Of a stretch of 58,650 nucleotides of DNA, positions 9,913 to 20,175 are shown one piece after another. The notes below the pieces were generated by a model. That model saw only the letters and a program-made list of their open reading frames with translations. It was not told where the DNA came from and ran no database searches. The DNA is from Clostridia bacterium. Its GTDB lineage: Bacteria; Bacillota; Clostridia; Oscillospirales; CAG-272. Made by a program: the position numbers and the translations under genes. Numbering within the stretch: the stretch's first letter is position 1; each line of letters begins with the position of its first letter. Where the stretch lies: NCBI GenBank assembly GCA_017522125.1, contig JAFXAC010000059.1, forward strand, positions 1 to 58,650, given 5' to 3'.

Positions 9913-12186
9913 TCATTTTTTCCAAAATTCCATAAGCTGAGCCTGTAAGTCGCGAAGCTCGGGGACAAATTTTATCCCCTCCCAATGCGGCGGCATAAGC
10001 GCGCGGTATTTTTCCGTGGCGTATCTGTCGTCCACAAGCACCACCACGCCGCGGTCGGTATCCCGCCTGATAACTCTGCCCGCCGCCTGCAATATCCCGT
10101 TCATTCCGGGGTAGGTGTAGGCGTAATCGTAGCCGTTTTCACTCTTTACCTCGTAATAGTCGCGAATGATATTTCGCTCCGCGGATATACCGGGGAGCCC
10201 AACGCCCACGACCACCGTGCCGATAAGGCGGCTGCCGGGTAGGTCCATTCCCTCGGAAAAGCTGCCGCCAAGCACGCAAAAGCCCACGCGCAGCTTGCCC
10301 TCGTCCTCGCGGAAGAAGGAGATGAACTCATCTCGCTCGTTCCTTGTCATTCCGCGCTTTTGCACCGCGAGTGGCACGTTTGGATACTTATTTTTGAAGA
10401 TATCAAGCACGCCTTCCATATATTTATACGAAGGAAAATAAACGATGTAATTTCCCGCGCGTGCGGAGCAGGTGGCGGCAATTACGGCAGAAATGCGCTT
10501 ATAGCTCTTTTCCCTGTCCTCGTACCGCGTGCTTATGGCGGTGACGGCACAAAGAAAGAGATTTTCGCGCGGAAACGGCGAGGGGAGCGAGAGCACCCTG
10601 TGGTCCTTGCCGCCGCCGAGAATGTCGGAATAGTATTCCGACGGTGAAAGAGTTGCCGAAAAGAACACCGAGGCGCGCGCCGCGCCGAGCGCGTCGTCAA
10701 GCCGCCCTGCAGGGTCAAGGCAATATAGCTTTGCGGACATTTTTCCGCAGTTCATTTCAATATAGGTGCGATATCTGCCGTCGTAGGCGTCCGACGCGTC
10801 CTGCCACTTGCGGCACAGCCGCAAGAACGCGGCGGCGGCAGAGGCTACGGGGATATCGTCCTTGTGTGCGTGGTAAAATTTCTCAACGGCGTCCGCCGCG
10901 TGCGCCACCGCACGCTCAAGCCCCTCTATCGGCTCGCGATTGAAATAATATCCGAACTCCCTGCCCTCGTCGTCGCAAAAGCGGCTGTCGGCGCAAAGCT
11001 TTGCCGTTGCACAAAGTGCGCCCTGAAGCGCCTCAAGCGCACCGTCAGCCTTCGGAAACGCCGCCGTGTATTCGCGAAGCGTCGCTATATCGTCCTCGGT
11101 AAGGCACGCCGAGTATATATCCCTTGCCCTTTCGGGGAGATTGTGCGCCTCGTCGATAAGGAAAACGCAATCTCCGTCGCCCCCCGCAAAATACCTTTGG
11201 AGCTTGACCTGCGGGTCAAAGGCGTAATTGTAATCGCAGATTATCACGTCGCAGTATTCGGAAAGGTCGAGCGAAAGCTCGTACGGGCATATCCCGTGTG
11301 CCGAGGCACAGCGCAATATCTCGCGTGCGGGATAGCCGTGGTACGCACCGAGAAGCTCGCCTATCGCCTCGGAGCGCTTTTGCATATATCCACTCATATA
11401 CGGACAGCTCTCGGCGTTGCAAACGAAGCCGTCACCGCCGCGCAACGCGCGAATGGGACACATCTGCTCCTTCGCCGTAAGGACTACCGTGCGAAGCGGT
11501 GCGCCCGCGGCGCATATCCTGCCTGCGGCGGCGTAAGCCTCGCGCCGCGTGCTTGCCTTGGCGGTAAGATAAAATATCCTGCGAAAGCCGCCCTCACTCC
11601 ACGCCCTGACTGCTCCGTAAAGCACGGAAACCGTTTTTCCGATACCCGTGGGCGCGGCGGCAAATAGGCGTTTTCCCCCTTTACAAGCCGAGTAAACAGA
11701 CGATATCAGCTCGCGCTGACCCGCACGCAGAGAGCCGTGAGGGAAGCGTAGCTTTTTCGCCGCGGGCATAACGTGCGTTACCCTCTCGCGCTCGTTTTCG
11801 GCTCTGCGCCTTACGAGCGAGAGCGTCATATTAAGCATTCCCTCAAGGTCCGAGCGCTCCGCCACGCTCTCGCTGTGCTTTTCGCCGTCCGTGATGGAGA
11901 GCCTTATTTTGTCAAGCCCAAGCTCGCGGCACACGAGCGCGCCGAAAAGCCCGAGGCGCATATTTTGCACCCTCTTATTCCCATCGGCGTGAAGAGTGAA
12001 CGGCTCTGTGCCGCTTGGCGGCAAAAGCTCGACGCCTCCGCCGATGAGATAATCTATATCCCCCGCGCTCACGCGCTCGCTGACGGAGTGAGCGCCGCCC
12101 GTGCCAAAATCGGAAAAGCCGTAGGCGGCGGCGCAAAGCTCGTCCACCGTGATAAGAACGGCGTTTTTCTCGGCGTCGTATATCAT
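9913..12186 (-). CDS. XPD/Rad3/DinG-family Fe-S ATP-dependent DNA helicase with an uncharacterised ~190-aa N-terminal extension
   Basis: Walker A AAAPTGIGKT, DEAH box (FLIDEAHNL), Fe-S Cys set (CP...CNAESCPY...CPYE) and a C-terminal helicase domain (GSFSEGMDLPG...QAAGRVIRR). Start set to the ATG at 12186 (GGGAGGG RBS) rather than the ORF-track start at 12309. Confidence 0.8.
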   Translation of the reverse strand: MIYDAEKNAVLITVDELCAAAYGFSDFGTGGAHSVSERVSAGDIDYLIGGGVELLPPSGTEPFTLHADGNKRVQNMRLGLFGALVCRELGLDKIRLSITDGEKHSESVAERSDLEGMLNMTLSLVRRRAENERERVTHVMPAAKKLRFPHGSLRAGQRELISSVYSACKGGKRLFAAAPTGIGKTVSVLYGAVRAWSEGGFRRIFYLTAKASTRREAYAAAGRICAAGAPLRTVVLTAKEQMCPIRALRGGDGFVCNAESCPYMSGYMQKRSEAIGELLGAYHGYPAREILRCASAHGICPYELSLDLSEYCDVIICDYNYAFDPQVKLQRYFAGGDGDCVFLIDEAHNLPERARDIYSACLTEDDIATLREYTAAFPKADGALEALQGALCATAKLCADSRFCDDEGREFGYYFNREPIEGLERAVAHAADAVEKFYHAHKDDIPVASAAAAFLRLCRKWQDASDAYDGRYRTYIEMNCGKMSAKLYCLDPAGRLDDALGAARASVFFSATLSPSEYYSDILGGGKDHRVLSLPSPFPRENLFLCAVTAISTRYEDREKSYKRISAVIAATCSARAGNYIVYFPSYKYMEGVLDIFKNKYPNVPLAVQKRGMTRNERDEFISFFREDEGKLRVGFCVLGGSFSEGMDLPGSRLIGTVVVGVGLPGISAERNIIRDYYEVKSENGYDYAYTYPGMNGILQAAGRVIRRDTDRGVVVLVDDRYATEKYRALMPPHWEGIKFVPELRDLQAQLMEFWKK

Positions 12187-12302
12187 TTCACAGCCCTCCC
12201 AAAAAAGTATATATATAGTATAATAACATAGTTCTTTATATAAGTCAATAATAAAGAAATTTGCACTTAAAAATAAATTTACATAAAACACTCCGTCAAG
12301 GA

Positions 12303-12332
12303 TTGACAAGACTCCACTTTATACAGTATAAT
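12303..12332 (+). promoter_or_regulatory. Sigma-A type promoter (TTGACA-18-TATAAT)
   Basis: TTGACA at 12303-12308 and TATAAT at 12327-12332, upstream of the Ig-like surface protein gene. Confidence 0.5.
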
Positions 12333-12406
12333 AGATTAATAATACCCTAATGGCGGCGGCTCTTTCGCGCCGCCCGATATACATTTTTCAAAAAAGGACT
12401 TTACGC

Positions 12407-14035
12407 ATGAAAAACAAAAGCCCCATACGATATATGAACCGCACGGCGCTTTGGCGCATCGTGGGCTTTACGCTTTTCGCGCTGTGCATTTTTATTCTTC
12501 CCGTTTTTGCTAACGCAGCCGAGGACACCACGCCCCCCATCGTTATCGTTCCGCCCGCCGAGGTAAGCTCCATTGAGATAAGCTCCGCCCCCAAAAAGAC
12601 CGAGTATTTCGAGGGGGAAACGCTATCCCTTGACGGCGCGAAAATAAAGATAACGTACTCCGATGGTGAAATCGAGACCGTAAGCATAAGCTCCGCTTGG
12701 GTAAGCTGTGACCTCTCCAAGGTCGGTGAGCAGACCGTGACCGTGACGTATCAGGAGCATAGCGCCACCTTTACCGTCACCGTAAAGGCGATAGAGGTCG
12801 TTTCCATTAAAATAACCCAAGAACCGATAAAGACAGAATACTTCGTCGGTGAGCCGATAGATACCGAGGGGCTTGCCGTCACCGCATACTACAACAACGG
12901 CGACAAAAAGGTCATTACGTCCGAGATAGTCCTGACGGGGCTTGACTCCGCCACTGCGGGAGAAAAGACCGTCAGCGTAACGTACGGAGATTTTACCGAC
13001 ACCTTTACGCTGAATATCATCGAGCCGTCGATATCGGAGCTGTCGTTTGTTACGATGCCCAAGACCGAATATTTTGACGGCGAGGAGTTCTCCCCCGAGG
13101 GCTGTACCGTCCTTGCCGTTTACAACAGCGGCGAGCGCGAGGAGATAAGCGAGGGCTTTACGTTTTCGGGCTTCAACCCCGCCCTGCTTGGTGAGCAGGA
13201 GATAACCCTGCACTACGGCGGACTTACCCTGACCTTTAAGGTAAACGTCACGCTTTCGCCGTACCACACGCACACGCCCCTGCCCGCGGAGCATATAACG
13301 CTACCCACCTGCACCGAAAGCGGCTTTGACAGAATAAGCTGTGCCGTGTGCCTTGCCGTCATAAGCGAGCATTCCGTAGCTCCGCTCGGACACAGCTTTG
13401 GCGAGCTTACCCTTATCACTCCCCCCACCGCCGACGTCGAGGGAAAGCAATCGCACGCCTGCACCGTTTGCTCACACGTCGAGGAGCTTCCGATAGCGAA
13501 GCTGACGGGCATTCTCACAAACGGCGATTTCACCCTTGAGCTGCTTGGCGAGGGCTGTGTTTTCCCCTACCTTGCAACGCTTAAGGCTGAAGAAATAATA
13601 GAAACGCTCACCCCCAAGAACGTCAGCGACCTTAACGCACAGCTTTCGGGACTCGTGCCCGAGGCAAAGCTCGTTTACGTTATAAACGTAAGCGTTATTC
13701 TGCAAAACGGTGAAAAATTCACCCCCGAATGCGACGTAAGGCTGACCTATGCCGCCGACGGCGGAGAATACTCGAAGCTTTATTCGATAGTCGGTGCAAG
13801 GCTCGTCGAGCTTGAGCGCGGCGACGCCATAAGCCTTACCGACTCGAAAACGGGGCAGTTCCTCATCTTCACCTCTACCGCACCCGAAACCACCGTCCCC
13901 GAAACCACCGAGGTGAAAACAAGCGCTCCGTCCCCCAACGCGTCGTCGGCTATCATACTCGTAGCCGCCATTGCCGTGGTGATAGTGATGATAGTTGTCG
14001 CCTACGTTTACGTTATTAAGAAATTTTATTACTGA
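12407..14035 (+). CDS. Cell-surface protein: four tandem bacterial Ig-like (Big_3-type) domains, a Cys-rich segment and a C-terminal TM anchor
   Basis: Signal/TM at the N-terminus. Four ~75-aa repeats (P.KTEYF.GE.L...G..V...Y..G....I......SG.D....GEQTVTVTY....TF.V). CxxC pairs. C-terminal hydrophobic helix plus KKFYY. Start at MKNK (12407). Confidence 0.7.
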   Translation: MKNKSPIRYMNRTALWRIVGFTLFALCIFILPVFANAAEDTTPPIVIVPPAEVSSIEISSAPKKTEYFEGETLSLDGAKIKITYSDGEIETVSISSAWVSCDLSKVGEQTVTVTYQEHSATFTVTVKAIEVVSIKITQEPIKTEYFVGEPIDTEGLAVTAYYNNGDKKVITSEIVLTGLDSATAGEKTVSVTYGDFTDTFTLNIIEPSISELSFVTMPKTEYFDGEEFSPEGCTVLAVYNSGEREEISEGFTFSGFNPALLGEQEITLHYGGLTLTFKVNVTLSPYHTHTPLPAEHITLPTCTESGFDRISCAVCLAVISEHSVAPLGHSFGELTLITPPTADVEGKQSHACTVCSHVEELPIAKLTGILTNGDFTLELLGEGCVFPYLATLKAEEIIETLTPKNVSDLNAQLSGLVPEAKLVYVINVSVILQNGEKFTPECDVRLTYAADGGEYSKLYSIVGARLVELERGDAISLTDSKTGQFLIFTSTAPETTVPETTEVKTSAPSPNASSAIILVAAIAVVIVMIVVAYVYVIKKFYY

Positions 14036-14117
14036 TATTGTAAATTTTCTCATTTTGCAAGTTGCTTCGGAGCTTTTTGCGGTAAAATAATAATAAACGA
14101 AAATAAGGAAACGAAAA

Positions 14118-14669
14118 ATGATATATCTTTTTCTTGCCAACGGCTTTGAGGAATGCGAGGCTCTTTGCCCGCTTGACCTTATGCGCCGTGCGAAAATTGA
14201 AGTGACCACCGTCGGAATAGGCGGAAAATATATCGAGGGAGCGCACGGCATAACCGTTTGCGCCGACATAACCGACGCAGAGCTTTGCGACGACGCGCCC
14301 GACGGCGTTATCCTGCCCGGCGGTATGCCGGGAACGCTGAACCTTGACGCATCAAGCGTCGTTCACAGGGCGCTTGACGCCGCAGAAAAGCGCGGTGCGC
14401 TTATCTGCGCCATCTGCGCCGCCCCCTCGGTGCTTGGCAAGCGCGGAATGCTGCGCGGCAAGCGTGCGGTGTGCTTCCCGGGCTTTGAGAGCTATCTTGA
14501 GGGTGCAATTCTCTCGGACGAGCGCGCGGTAAGGGACGGAAGCATCATCACCGCCGTCGGAATGGGCGCGGCGCTTGAATTCGGCATTCTCATCGTTTCC
14601 ACCGTCAAGGGCGACGAGGCAGGCGCGGCACTTGCGGCGTCGGCACTTCTGCCCGATATCTCAAAATGA
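14118..14669 (+). CDS. DJ-1/PfpI (ThiJ) family protein
   Basis: 183 aa. GFEECEAL, ILPGG and the nucleophile elbow AICAAP are typical of DJ-1/YajL-type proteins. Confidence 0.85.
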   Translation: MIYLFLANGFEECEALCPLDLMRRAKIEVTTVGIGGKYIEGAHGITVCADITDAELCDDAPDGVILPGGMPGTLNLDASSVVHRALDAAEKRGALICAICAAPSVLGKRGMLRGKRAVCFPGFESYLEGAILSDERAVRDGSIITAVGMGAALEFGILIVSTVKGDEAGAALAASALLPDISK

Positions 14670-15628
14670 AAAAGCTCACCCACAAAAGAAGCATAACCGC
14701 GCCGCTTGCGGTGCTTGCCGTGTTTTTACTGCTTATCCTCACAAGATTTCTTGAGGGGGAGCTACTGACACGCGAGAACGAATACGTTGCGATAATAGTG
14801 CTTCAATTACTGATATTTATGCTCCCCGCGACGATATATATAAAGCTGACGGCGGGGAACACAAGCGAGCTTCGCCTTGCCCCCTTCGGGCTTGGTCACC
14901 TATTGCTGATAATTTCGGCAATAGTGGCGATAAGCACGGGCTCGCTTCTGATACGCTACTATACCGCGGGCTACAGCGCCCTGTCCGAAAACTACGACCT
15001 GTACGGCGTTTTTATCTCCAAAAACGACGGCGGCGTGGGCGACACGCTCTACCTCATACTTGCATACGCCGCGCTCCCCGCAGTTTGCGAGGAAACGGTG
15101 TTTCGGGGCTTGCTTTGCGCCGAATATCAGCACAGGAGCAGCTTTTCAGCTATCTTTATGTCCTCGCTCTTTTTTGCGATGATACATTTTGATACCGAAA
15201 ACTTCCTCTCCCTGTTTTTTGCGGGAGTGGTGCTTGCCCTGACGCTTTACGCCACGCGCTCGCTACTTGCGCCCATCGTAGTGCATTTTTGCCAGAACCT
15301 TTTGTCCGTGTTCGGCAGACCCGTCATTCAGACCGTCTACGACCTTGGCGGTGAGAAGCTGTTTATCTTCATCGCGACGGCACTTGCCCTGCTGTTTTCA
15401 TTCATCTTCTGCTCCGAGGCAGCAAGGCTCTACAGAAGCTACTCAAGGCAAAACCTGCCGTCCGATTACCGCGAGCTTGACAGCGTCCCGACCCCCGACA
15501 CCCCCACGCAATGGGACGAATTTGCAAAGCGGTTTCCGCGCGTTTCGGCAACGCTCGGCGCGCTGTTTTCCCCCACCGCCCTGCTTTGCTACGTGACCTA
15601 CGCTATCGCACTTTTTATAAAAATCTAA
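14666..15628 (+). CDS. CPBP-family intramembrane glutamic endopeptidase (CAAX protease-like)
   Basis: Polytopic. Motifs EETVFRG, FAMIHF and VHFCQN. ATGA overlap with the DJ-1 gene stop. Confidence 0.75.
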   Translation: MKKLTHKRSITAPLAVLAVFLLLILTRFLEGELLTRENEYVAIIVLQLLIFMLPATIYIKLTAGNTSELRLAPFGLGHLLLIISAIVAISTGSLLIRYYTAGYSALSENYDLYGVFISKNDGGVGDTLYLILAYAALPAVCEETVFRGLLCAEYQHRSSFSAIFMSSLFFAMIHFDTENFLSLFFAGVVLALTLYATRSLLAPIVVHFCQNLLSVFGRPVIQTVYDLGGEKLFIFIATALALLFSFIFCSEAARLYRSYSRQNLPSDYRELDSVPTPDTPTQWDEFAKRFPRVSATLGALFSPTALLCYVTYAIALFIKI

Positions 15629-15645
15629 CCCAACGAGGTACTTAA

Positions 15646-16980
15646 ATGTCTAAGGATTTCAAGGAAAAAACGCCCCGTGACGAAACACCCGTCACGAAGG
15701 ACGCAAATATCCCCTCCGACGATTTTCCGACCGCCCCCTCGGACACGCCTAAAGCCAAGGACGCTACCGCGCCCAAGGAAAGCCGCAAGCCGTCCGACGA
15801 GGTAATTTGCGGCTATACAAGACAGCAATACGAGGACGCAATATCCGAGCTTGACGAGCCCGCGTCGGACGAGCCCTTTATAGGCAGGACCGTGACCGAG
15901 TCGCAAAGCACGGTAATGGCGATAATAAAGGCTGTGGTTTACGTTGCCTTTATCGTATCTATGGCTATTATGATAGCCTATTTCGGTCTTAGCTGTGCAA
16001 ACGACGTGTTCGCCTTCGTCAAGGACGACGAGGTCATTGAGGTAACGATACCCGAAAACGCTACGTCAAGCGAGCTTTCCGAGATACTCGGAGATGCGGG
16101 CGCTATCGAGCATCCGTGGCTGTTCCGCCTTTACGCAAGCCTTAAGGGCATCGACACGAACCCCAAATACACCTTCGTCGCGGGCGACTACACCATAACG
16201 CCGAATATGAACTACGACGAGATGTTCCTCGCCTTCGTGAAAACGGCAAGCGCAGAGGTTATAAGAATAACCATTCCCGAGGGCTATACCGTGGACGAGA
16301 TAATTGCCCTGTTCGTATCAAAGGGCATCGGAACGAAGGAAGGCTTCGTTGACACTATAAACAACTATGAATTCGAGGGATACGATTTCCTTGACGAGAT
16401 AGATATGACGAATCGCATCTACCGCCTTGAAGGATATCTTTACCCCGACACCTACGAGTTTTATATGGGCAAAAGCGAGGCATACTATATATACAAGCTA
16501 CTTGACCGCTTTGACCAGATAATGAACGACGAGCTTCGCGCATACGCAAAGGAGCGCGGCGTTACGATAGACGAGGCACTTGCCATCGCGTCCATCATAG
16601 AAAAGGAAGCGTATTTCAAGAACGACTACGATATAGTTTCATCTGTGCTTTGGAACAGACTTGAAAGCAATAACTACCCGAACCTCGAATGCGACACCAC
16701 TCTCCTTTACCTTCTCACGCACCAGCGCGGCGAGCGCGTGACGGACCTTACCAAGGAGGAGCTGGCTATGGACCATCCCTATAACTCCTACAAGTACGAG
16801 GGATTGCCGCCAAGCCCAATCTGCAACCCCAGCTTTACGGCCATAACCTGTGCGCTGTACCCCGAAACCACGCCGTACTACTTCTTCGTTTCCGACAAGG
16901 AAATGACGCTGTACTATGCAAAAACGCTTGCGGAGCATAACAAAAACATCGAGCAGATCAAAAAACAGGAAGCAGAATGA
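15646..16980 (+). CDS. mltG: Endolytic murein transglycosylase MltG (YceG-like)
   Basis: Disordered N-terminus, one TM segment, then a YceG domain with the catalytic ASIIEKEA motif and the YNSY...GLPPSPICNP signature. Confidence 0.85.
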   Translation: MSKDFKEKTPRDETPVTKDANIPSDDFPTAPSDTPKAKDATAPKESRKPSDEVICGYTRQQYEDAISELDEPASDEPFIGRTVTESQSTVMAIIKAVVYVAFIVSMAIMIAYFGLSCANDVFAFVKDDEVIEVTIPENATSSELSEILGDAGAIEHPWLFRLYASLKGIDTNPKYTFVAGDYTITPNMNYDEMFLAFVKTASAEVIRITIPEGYTVDEIIALFVSKGIGTKEGFVDTINNYEFEGYDFLDEIDMTNRIYRLEGYLYPDTYEFYMGKSEAYYIYKLLDRFDQIMNDELRAYAKERGVTIDEALAIASIIEKEAYFKNDYDIVSSVLWNRLESNNYPNLECDTTLLYLLTHQRGERVTDLTKEELAMDHPYNSYKYEGLPPSPICNPSFTAITCALYPETTPYYFFVSDKEMTLYYAKTLAEHNKNIEQIKKQEAE

Positions 16981-16993
16981 CACTTTAATATAT

Positions 16994-17032
16994 GGAAGCA
17001 GTTGCCCCGATCAGCGCAGCTGCTTCCTTTTT
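16994..17032 (+). terminator. Intrinsic terminator after mltG
   Basis: GGAAGCAG-n18-CTGCTTCC followed by TTTTT. Confidence 0.7.
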
Positions 17033-17042
17033 ATAATATATG

Positions 17043-17071
17043 TTGACAAAATACGTCTTTTGTTATATAAT
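17043..17071 (+). promoter_or_regulatory. Sigma-A type promoter (TTGACA-17-TATAAT)
   Basis: Consensus hexamers at 17043-17048 and 17066-17071, upstream of the capD-like gene. Confidence 0.55.
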
Positions 17072-17134
17072 AATTATATATGGTTTGTATATGACCGTAG
17101 GTTCTTTATCATTGAAACGCTAAGGAGCATTAAA

Positions 17135-19021
17135 ATGTTTAAATCAGTAGCCAGATTTTGGCACAATCACATACGAATAATTCTGTCAATACTTTTGGAC
17201 TGCGCCGTTGTATTCGTGCTTTTGTCTGCTTGCTATTTCATTTGCAGCCTTGATATGTACGACATCGGTGACGCTATAACGTACTGGAAGCTGGTAGCGA
17301 TAGCGATCCCCACGTATCTTGGCGTTTTCACCGCTATGGGACTTTACAAAAATCTTTGGAGCTACGCACAGCCGCGCGAATATCTCCTTTCCAACCTCGC
17401 CTCTATCGTGGCAGGTATACTGTTTTACATTATAGTCCGTCTTGCCGACATAGGAAACACGCCCGTTTTCGCGTTTTTCGCATTCAATATGTTTGCGGTT
17501 TCCGTGGGAACGGTCAGCGTTCGCCTTTTCTACCGCGCGTTCAAGTCCGCGCGCAAGGCAAAGCACAACCCCGACTGCAAAAGAGTTATGGTCATCGGCT
17601 GTGGTGCGGCTTGCTCCACTCTTCTTAATGAGATAGCCGTTACGAAGGACTGTAATCTCCTTCCCGTCGTGGGAATCGACGACGACGAAAGCAAGATAGG
17701 CTGTACCATTTGCGGAATGCGCATAGAGGGCGGCAACGAGGACATCGTTCGCCTTGCCAAAAAGCACCAAATAGACCTGATACTCGTGGCTATCCCCTCG
17801 GCAGACAACGCACACCGTGCGCGTATACTCGATTTCTGTCAGGGCTCGGGCTGTGAGATAAAAATGCTCCCGCGCCTTCACGACTTCCACGACGATGATG
17901 CGGGCTGTATCCAAAAGCTGCGCGATATCACGCCTGAGGAGCTTCTCGGCCGTGAGCCCATAAACATCAATAACACGAGCCTTGCGGGTTATATCGCAGG
18001 AAAGACCGTAATGGTTACGGGCGGCGGCGGCTCGATAGGCTCGGAGCTTTGCCGTCAGGTTGCGCGCTTCAACCCCAAAAAGCTGATAATAGTTGATATT
18101 TACGAAAATAACGCATATGAAATTCAGCAGGAGCTGATTCGCACCTACGGTCACGAGCTTGACCTTGAGGTACACATAGCGTCCGTGCGCGACAAGGAGC
18201 ATCTTGCGGCTCTTATGCGCCGCCTGCGCCCACAGCTCGTCATTCACGCCGCCGCGCATAAGCACGTTCCCCTTATGGAGGACTCGCCCACCGAGGCTGT
18301 GAAGAACAATATAATCGGCACGCTTAACGCCGCCGAGGCGGCTATCGCCGCGGACGTCGATCGCTTCATTATGATATCCACCGACAAGGCGGTAAACCCC
18401 ACGAACGTAATGGGCGCGTCAAAGCGCGTCTGCGAGCTTATAGTTGAGTCGATGAACGGCTGCGGAACGGACTTCTGCGCCGTGCGCTTCGGAAACGTGC
18501 TTGGCTCTAACGGCTCCGTAATTCCTCTGTTCAAAAATCAGATCGAGGCGGGCGGTCCCGTTACCGTTACCCACCCCGAAATAACGCGCTTCTTTATGAC
18601 TATTCCCGAGGCTGTTCAGCTTGTGCTTGCCGCAGGCTCTATGGCAAAGGGCGGTGAGATATTCGTGCTGAATATGGGCGAGCCCGTAAGGATTGCCGAC
18701 CTCGCGGCGAAGATGATACGCCTTTCAGGCTACGAGCCCGATAAGGACATCGACATCGAATACACGGGACTTCGTCCGGGTGAAAAGCTCTACGAGGAGC
18801 TTCTTACGCGCGAGGAGGGACTTTCCGCCACGGAAAATGAAAAGATATTCATCGGCAGACCTACCCATATCGACACGGCGCTGCTCTACTCCACTATTGC
18901 GGAGCTGCGCGCTGTCGCTCTTGACGAAACGCTCACGCACGAGGAGCAGGACGACGGCATTGAGGAGCTGCTGCTGCGTATAGTTCCCGAATTCAAGCGC
19001 TTCGATCCTAAAAAATCTTAA
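17135..19021 (+). CDS. Membrane-anchored polysaccharide biosynthesis protein, CapD/PglF-type NDP-sugar 4,6-dehydratase/epimerase
   Basis: Four N-terminal TM helices, then two Rossmann regions (VMVIGCGAA; VTGGGGSIGSEL) and an SDR core (STDKAVNPTNVMGASKR). Start at the ATG at 17135 (AAGGAG RBS). Confidence 0.85.
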   Translation: MFKSVARFWHNHIRIILSILLDCAVVFVLLSACYFICSLDMYDIGDAITYWKLVAIAIPTYLGVFTAMGLYKNLWSYAQPREYLLSNLASIVAGILFYIIVRLADIGNTPVFAFFAFNMFAVSVGTVSVRLFYRAFKSARKAKHNPDCKRVMVIGCGAACSTLLNEIAVTKDCNLLPVVGIDDDESKIGCTICGMRIEGGNEDIVRLAKKHQIDLILVAIPSADNAHRARILDFCQGSGCEIKMLPRLHDFHDDDAGCIQKLRDITPEELLGREPININNTSLAGYIAGKTVMVTGGGGSIGSELCRQVARFNPKKLIIVDIYENNAYEIQQELIRTYGHELDLEVHIASVRDKEHLAALMRRLRPQLVIHAAAHKHVPLMEDSPTEAVKNNIIGTLNAAEAAIAADVDRFIMISTDKAVNPTNVMGASKRVCELIVESMNGCGTDFCAVRFGNVLGSNGSVIPLFKNQIEAGGPVTVTHPEITRFFMTIPEAVQLVLAAGSMAKGGEIFVLNMGEPVRIADLAAKMIRLSGYEPDKDIDIEYTGLRPGEKLYEELLTREEGLSATENEKIFIGRPTHIDTALLYSTIAELRAVALDETLTHEEQDDGIEELLLRIVPEFKRFDPKKS

Positions 19022-19023
19022 AT

Positions 19024-20175
19024 ATGAAGAAAGAAGTAAACGGAAAAACAAAAAAAATAATTCTGATATCCGTAATCGTCATCTCCTCGCTTGCGGCGCT
19101 CGTCGCAACGGCGTTTTTCATCGTAACGCGATATTACTACGGCTTGCTGAATTTCGACCCGCTTGACGGCGGCTACGTGCCGATCACCACGATCGACTAC
19201 GACCCATACGCTCCGCCCTCAAGCACGGCGGGCGAAACCACTCGCGCCCCCGAAACGTCGCTTCCGAGTGATACCACTACCCCCGACACAACAGCCCCCG
19301 ATTCTACGGAATCCACCACCGCACCCACACCACCCGACACCGACGTGCCGCACGTCCTCCCCCCCGATATGCCCCAGCCGCCCGTGCTTACCCCCGACGG
19401 CGACGACGTAAAGCATATTTTGCTTATCGGTGCGGACTACGTGAGCGACAACGGACTTTCGGACATTATGGTAATAGCGTCCATAAACAATACCGAAAAA
19501 ACGATAACCTGCACCTCGCTGATGCGCGACACCTACGTTTATATCCCCATAGACGGCGGCATCAGAACGAAGCTAAACGCCGCGCACCAAAAGGGCGGAA
19601 TAAAGCTGCTTATAGAAACGATCGAGCTTAATTTCGGCATAAAATTTGATAACTATATGAAGCTCGATTTTGAAAAAGCCGTTGACGTATTCGACCGCCT
19701 TGGCGGACTTGAGATACGAATAAACAAGGAAGAAGCGGAATTTATCAGACGTTGGGAGCCTTCAAGCAAGCTTGAGTTCGACTCATCAAAGGCAGATGGC
19801 GAGGGCTACCTTACCGTGCATCTTAACGGTGCGGAGCTTCGCGCACACGCGCGGAATCGCTCCACGGGCGGCGGAGTAGACTTCAACCGCACGCGCCGCC
19901 AAAGAGATATTCTTACAGCCGCGTTTGAAAAGGCAAAGACCATGAGCTTCACACAGCTTTTGACCTTCCTTGACGGCGTATTTCCCCTCGTTACCACCGA
20001 TATCCACTACTCGGAGTTCGTGGGCTACATTCTCCACGCGTCCTCTTACTCCTCGTACAAATTCCAGACCTTCAGGATACCTTCCGACGGCTGTTGGAAA
20101 TATTGGAGCTATTATATCCTTATAACCAAGCCCGAAAAGACAATGAACGAATGGTACGATTTGGTATATAACTAA
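19024..20175 (+). CDS. LCP (LytR-CpsA-Psr) family cell-wall glycopolymer ligase
   Basis: N-terminal TM, Pro/Thr-rich linker, then an LCP core (ILLIGAD...SDIMVIASIN...SLMRDTYV...KLNAA...NFGIKFDNYMKLDF). Confidence 0.8.
   Translation: MKKEVNGKTKKIILISVIVISSLAALVATAFFIVTRYYYGLLNFDPLDGGYVPITTIDYDPYAPPSSTAGETTRAPETSLPSDTTTPDTTAPDSTESTTAPTPPDTDVPHVLPPDMPQPPVLTPDGDDVKHILLIGADYVSDNGLSDIMVIASINNTEKTITCTSLMRDTYVYIPIDGGIRTKLNAAHQKGGIKLLIETIELNFGIKFDNYMKLDFEKAVDVFDRLGGLEIRINKEEAEFIRRWEPSSKLEFDSSKADGEGYLTVHLNGAELRAHARNRSTGGGVDFNRTRRQRDILTAAFEKAKTMSFTQLLTFLDGVFPLVTTDIHYSEFVGYILHASSYSSYKFQTFRIPSDGCWKYWSYYILITKPEKTMNEWYDLVYN

Noticed and set aside
12207-12222. NrdR-like box upstream of the XPD/DinG helicase (GTATATATATAGTATA)
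   Set aside because: Only one half-site (ACTATATAT on the minus strand) matches. The conserved C/G positions of the other half are missing and there is no tandem partner. It is probably just AT-rich promoter DNA.
16916-17134. N-terminal extensions proposed by the ORF track. Examples: capD-like from 16916, helicase from 12309, ABC ATPase from 29896, nrdG from 36126, XRE from 31520, surface protein from 49762, Ig-like protein from 12350, mazF from 51599.
   Set aside because: The extensions run through promoters, terminators or AT-rich spacer, lack an RBS and add non-homologous residues. Internal ATGs with good AGGAGG-type RBSs coincide with the start of recognisable domains.
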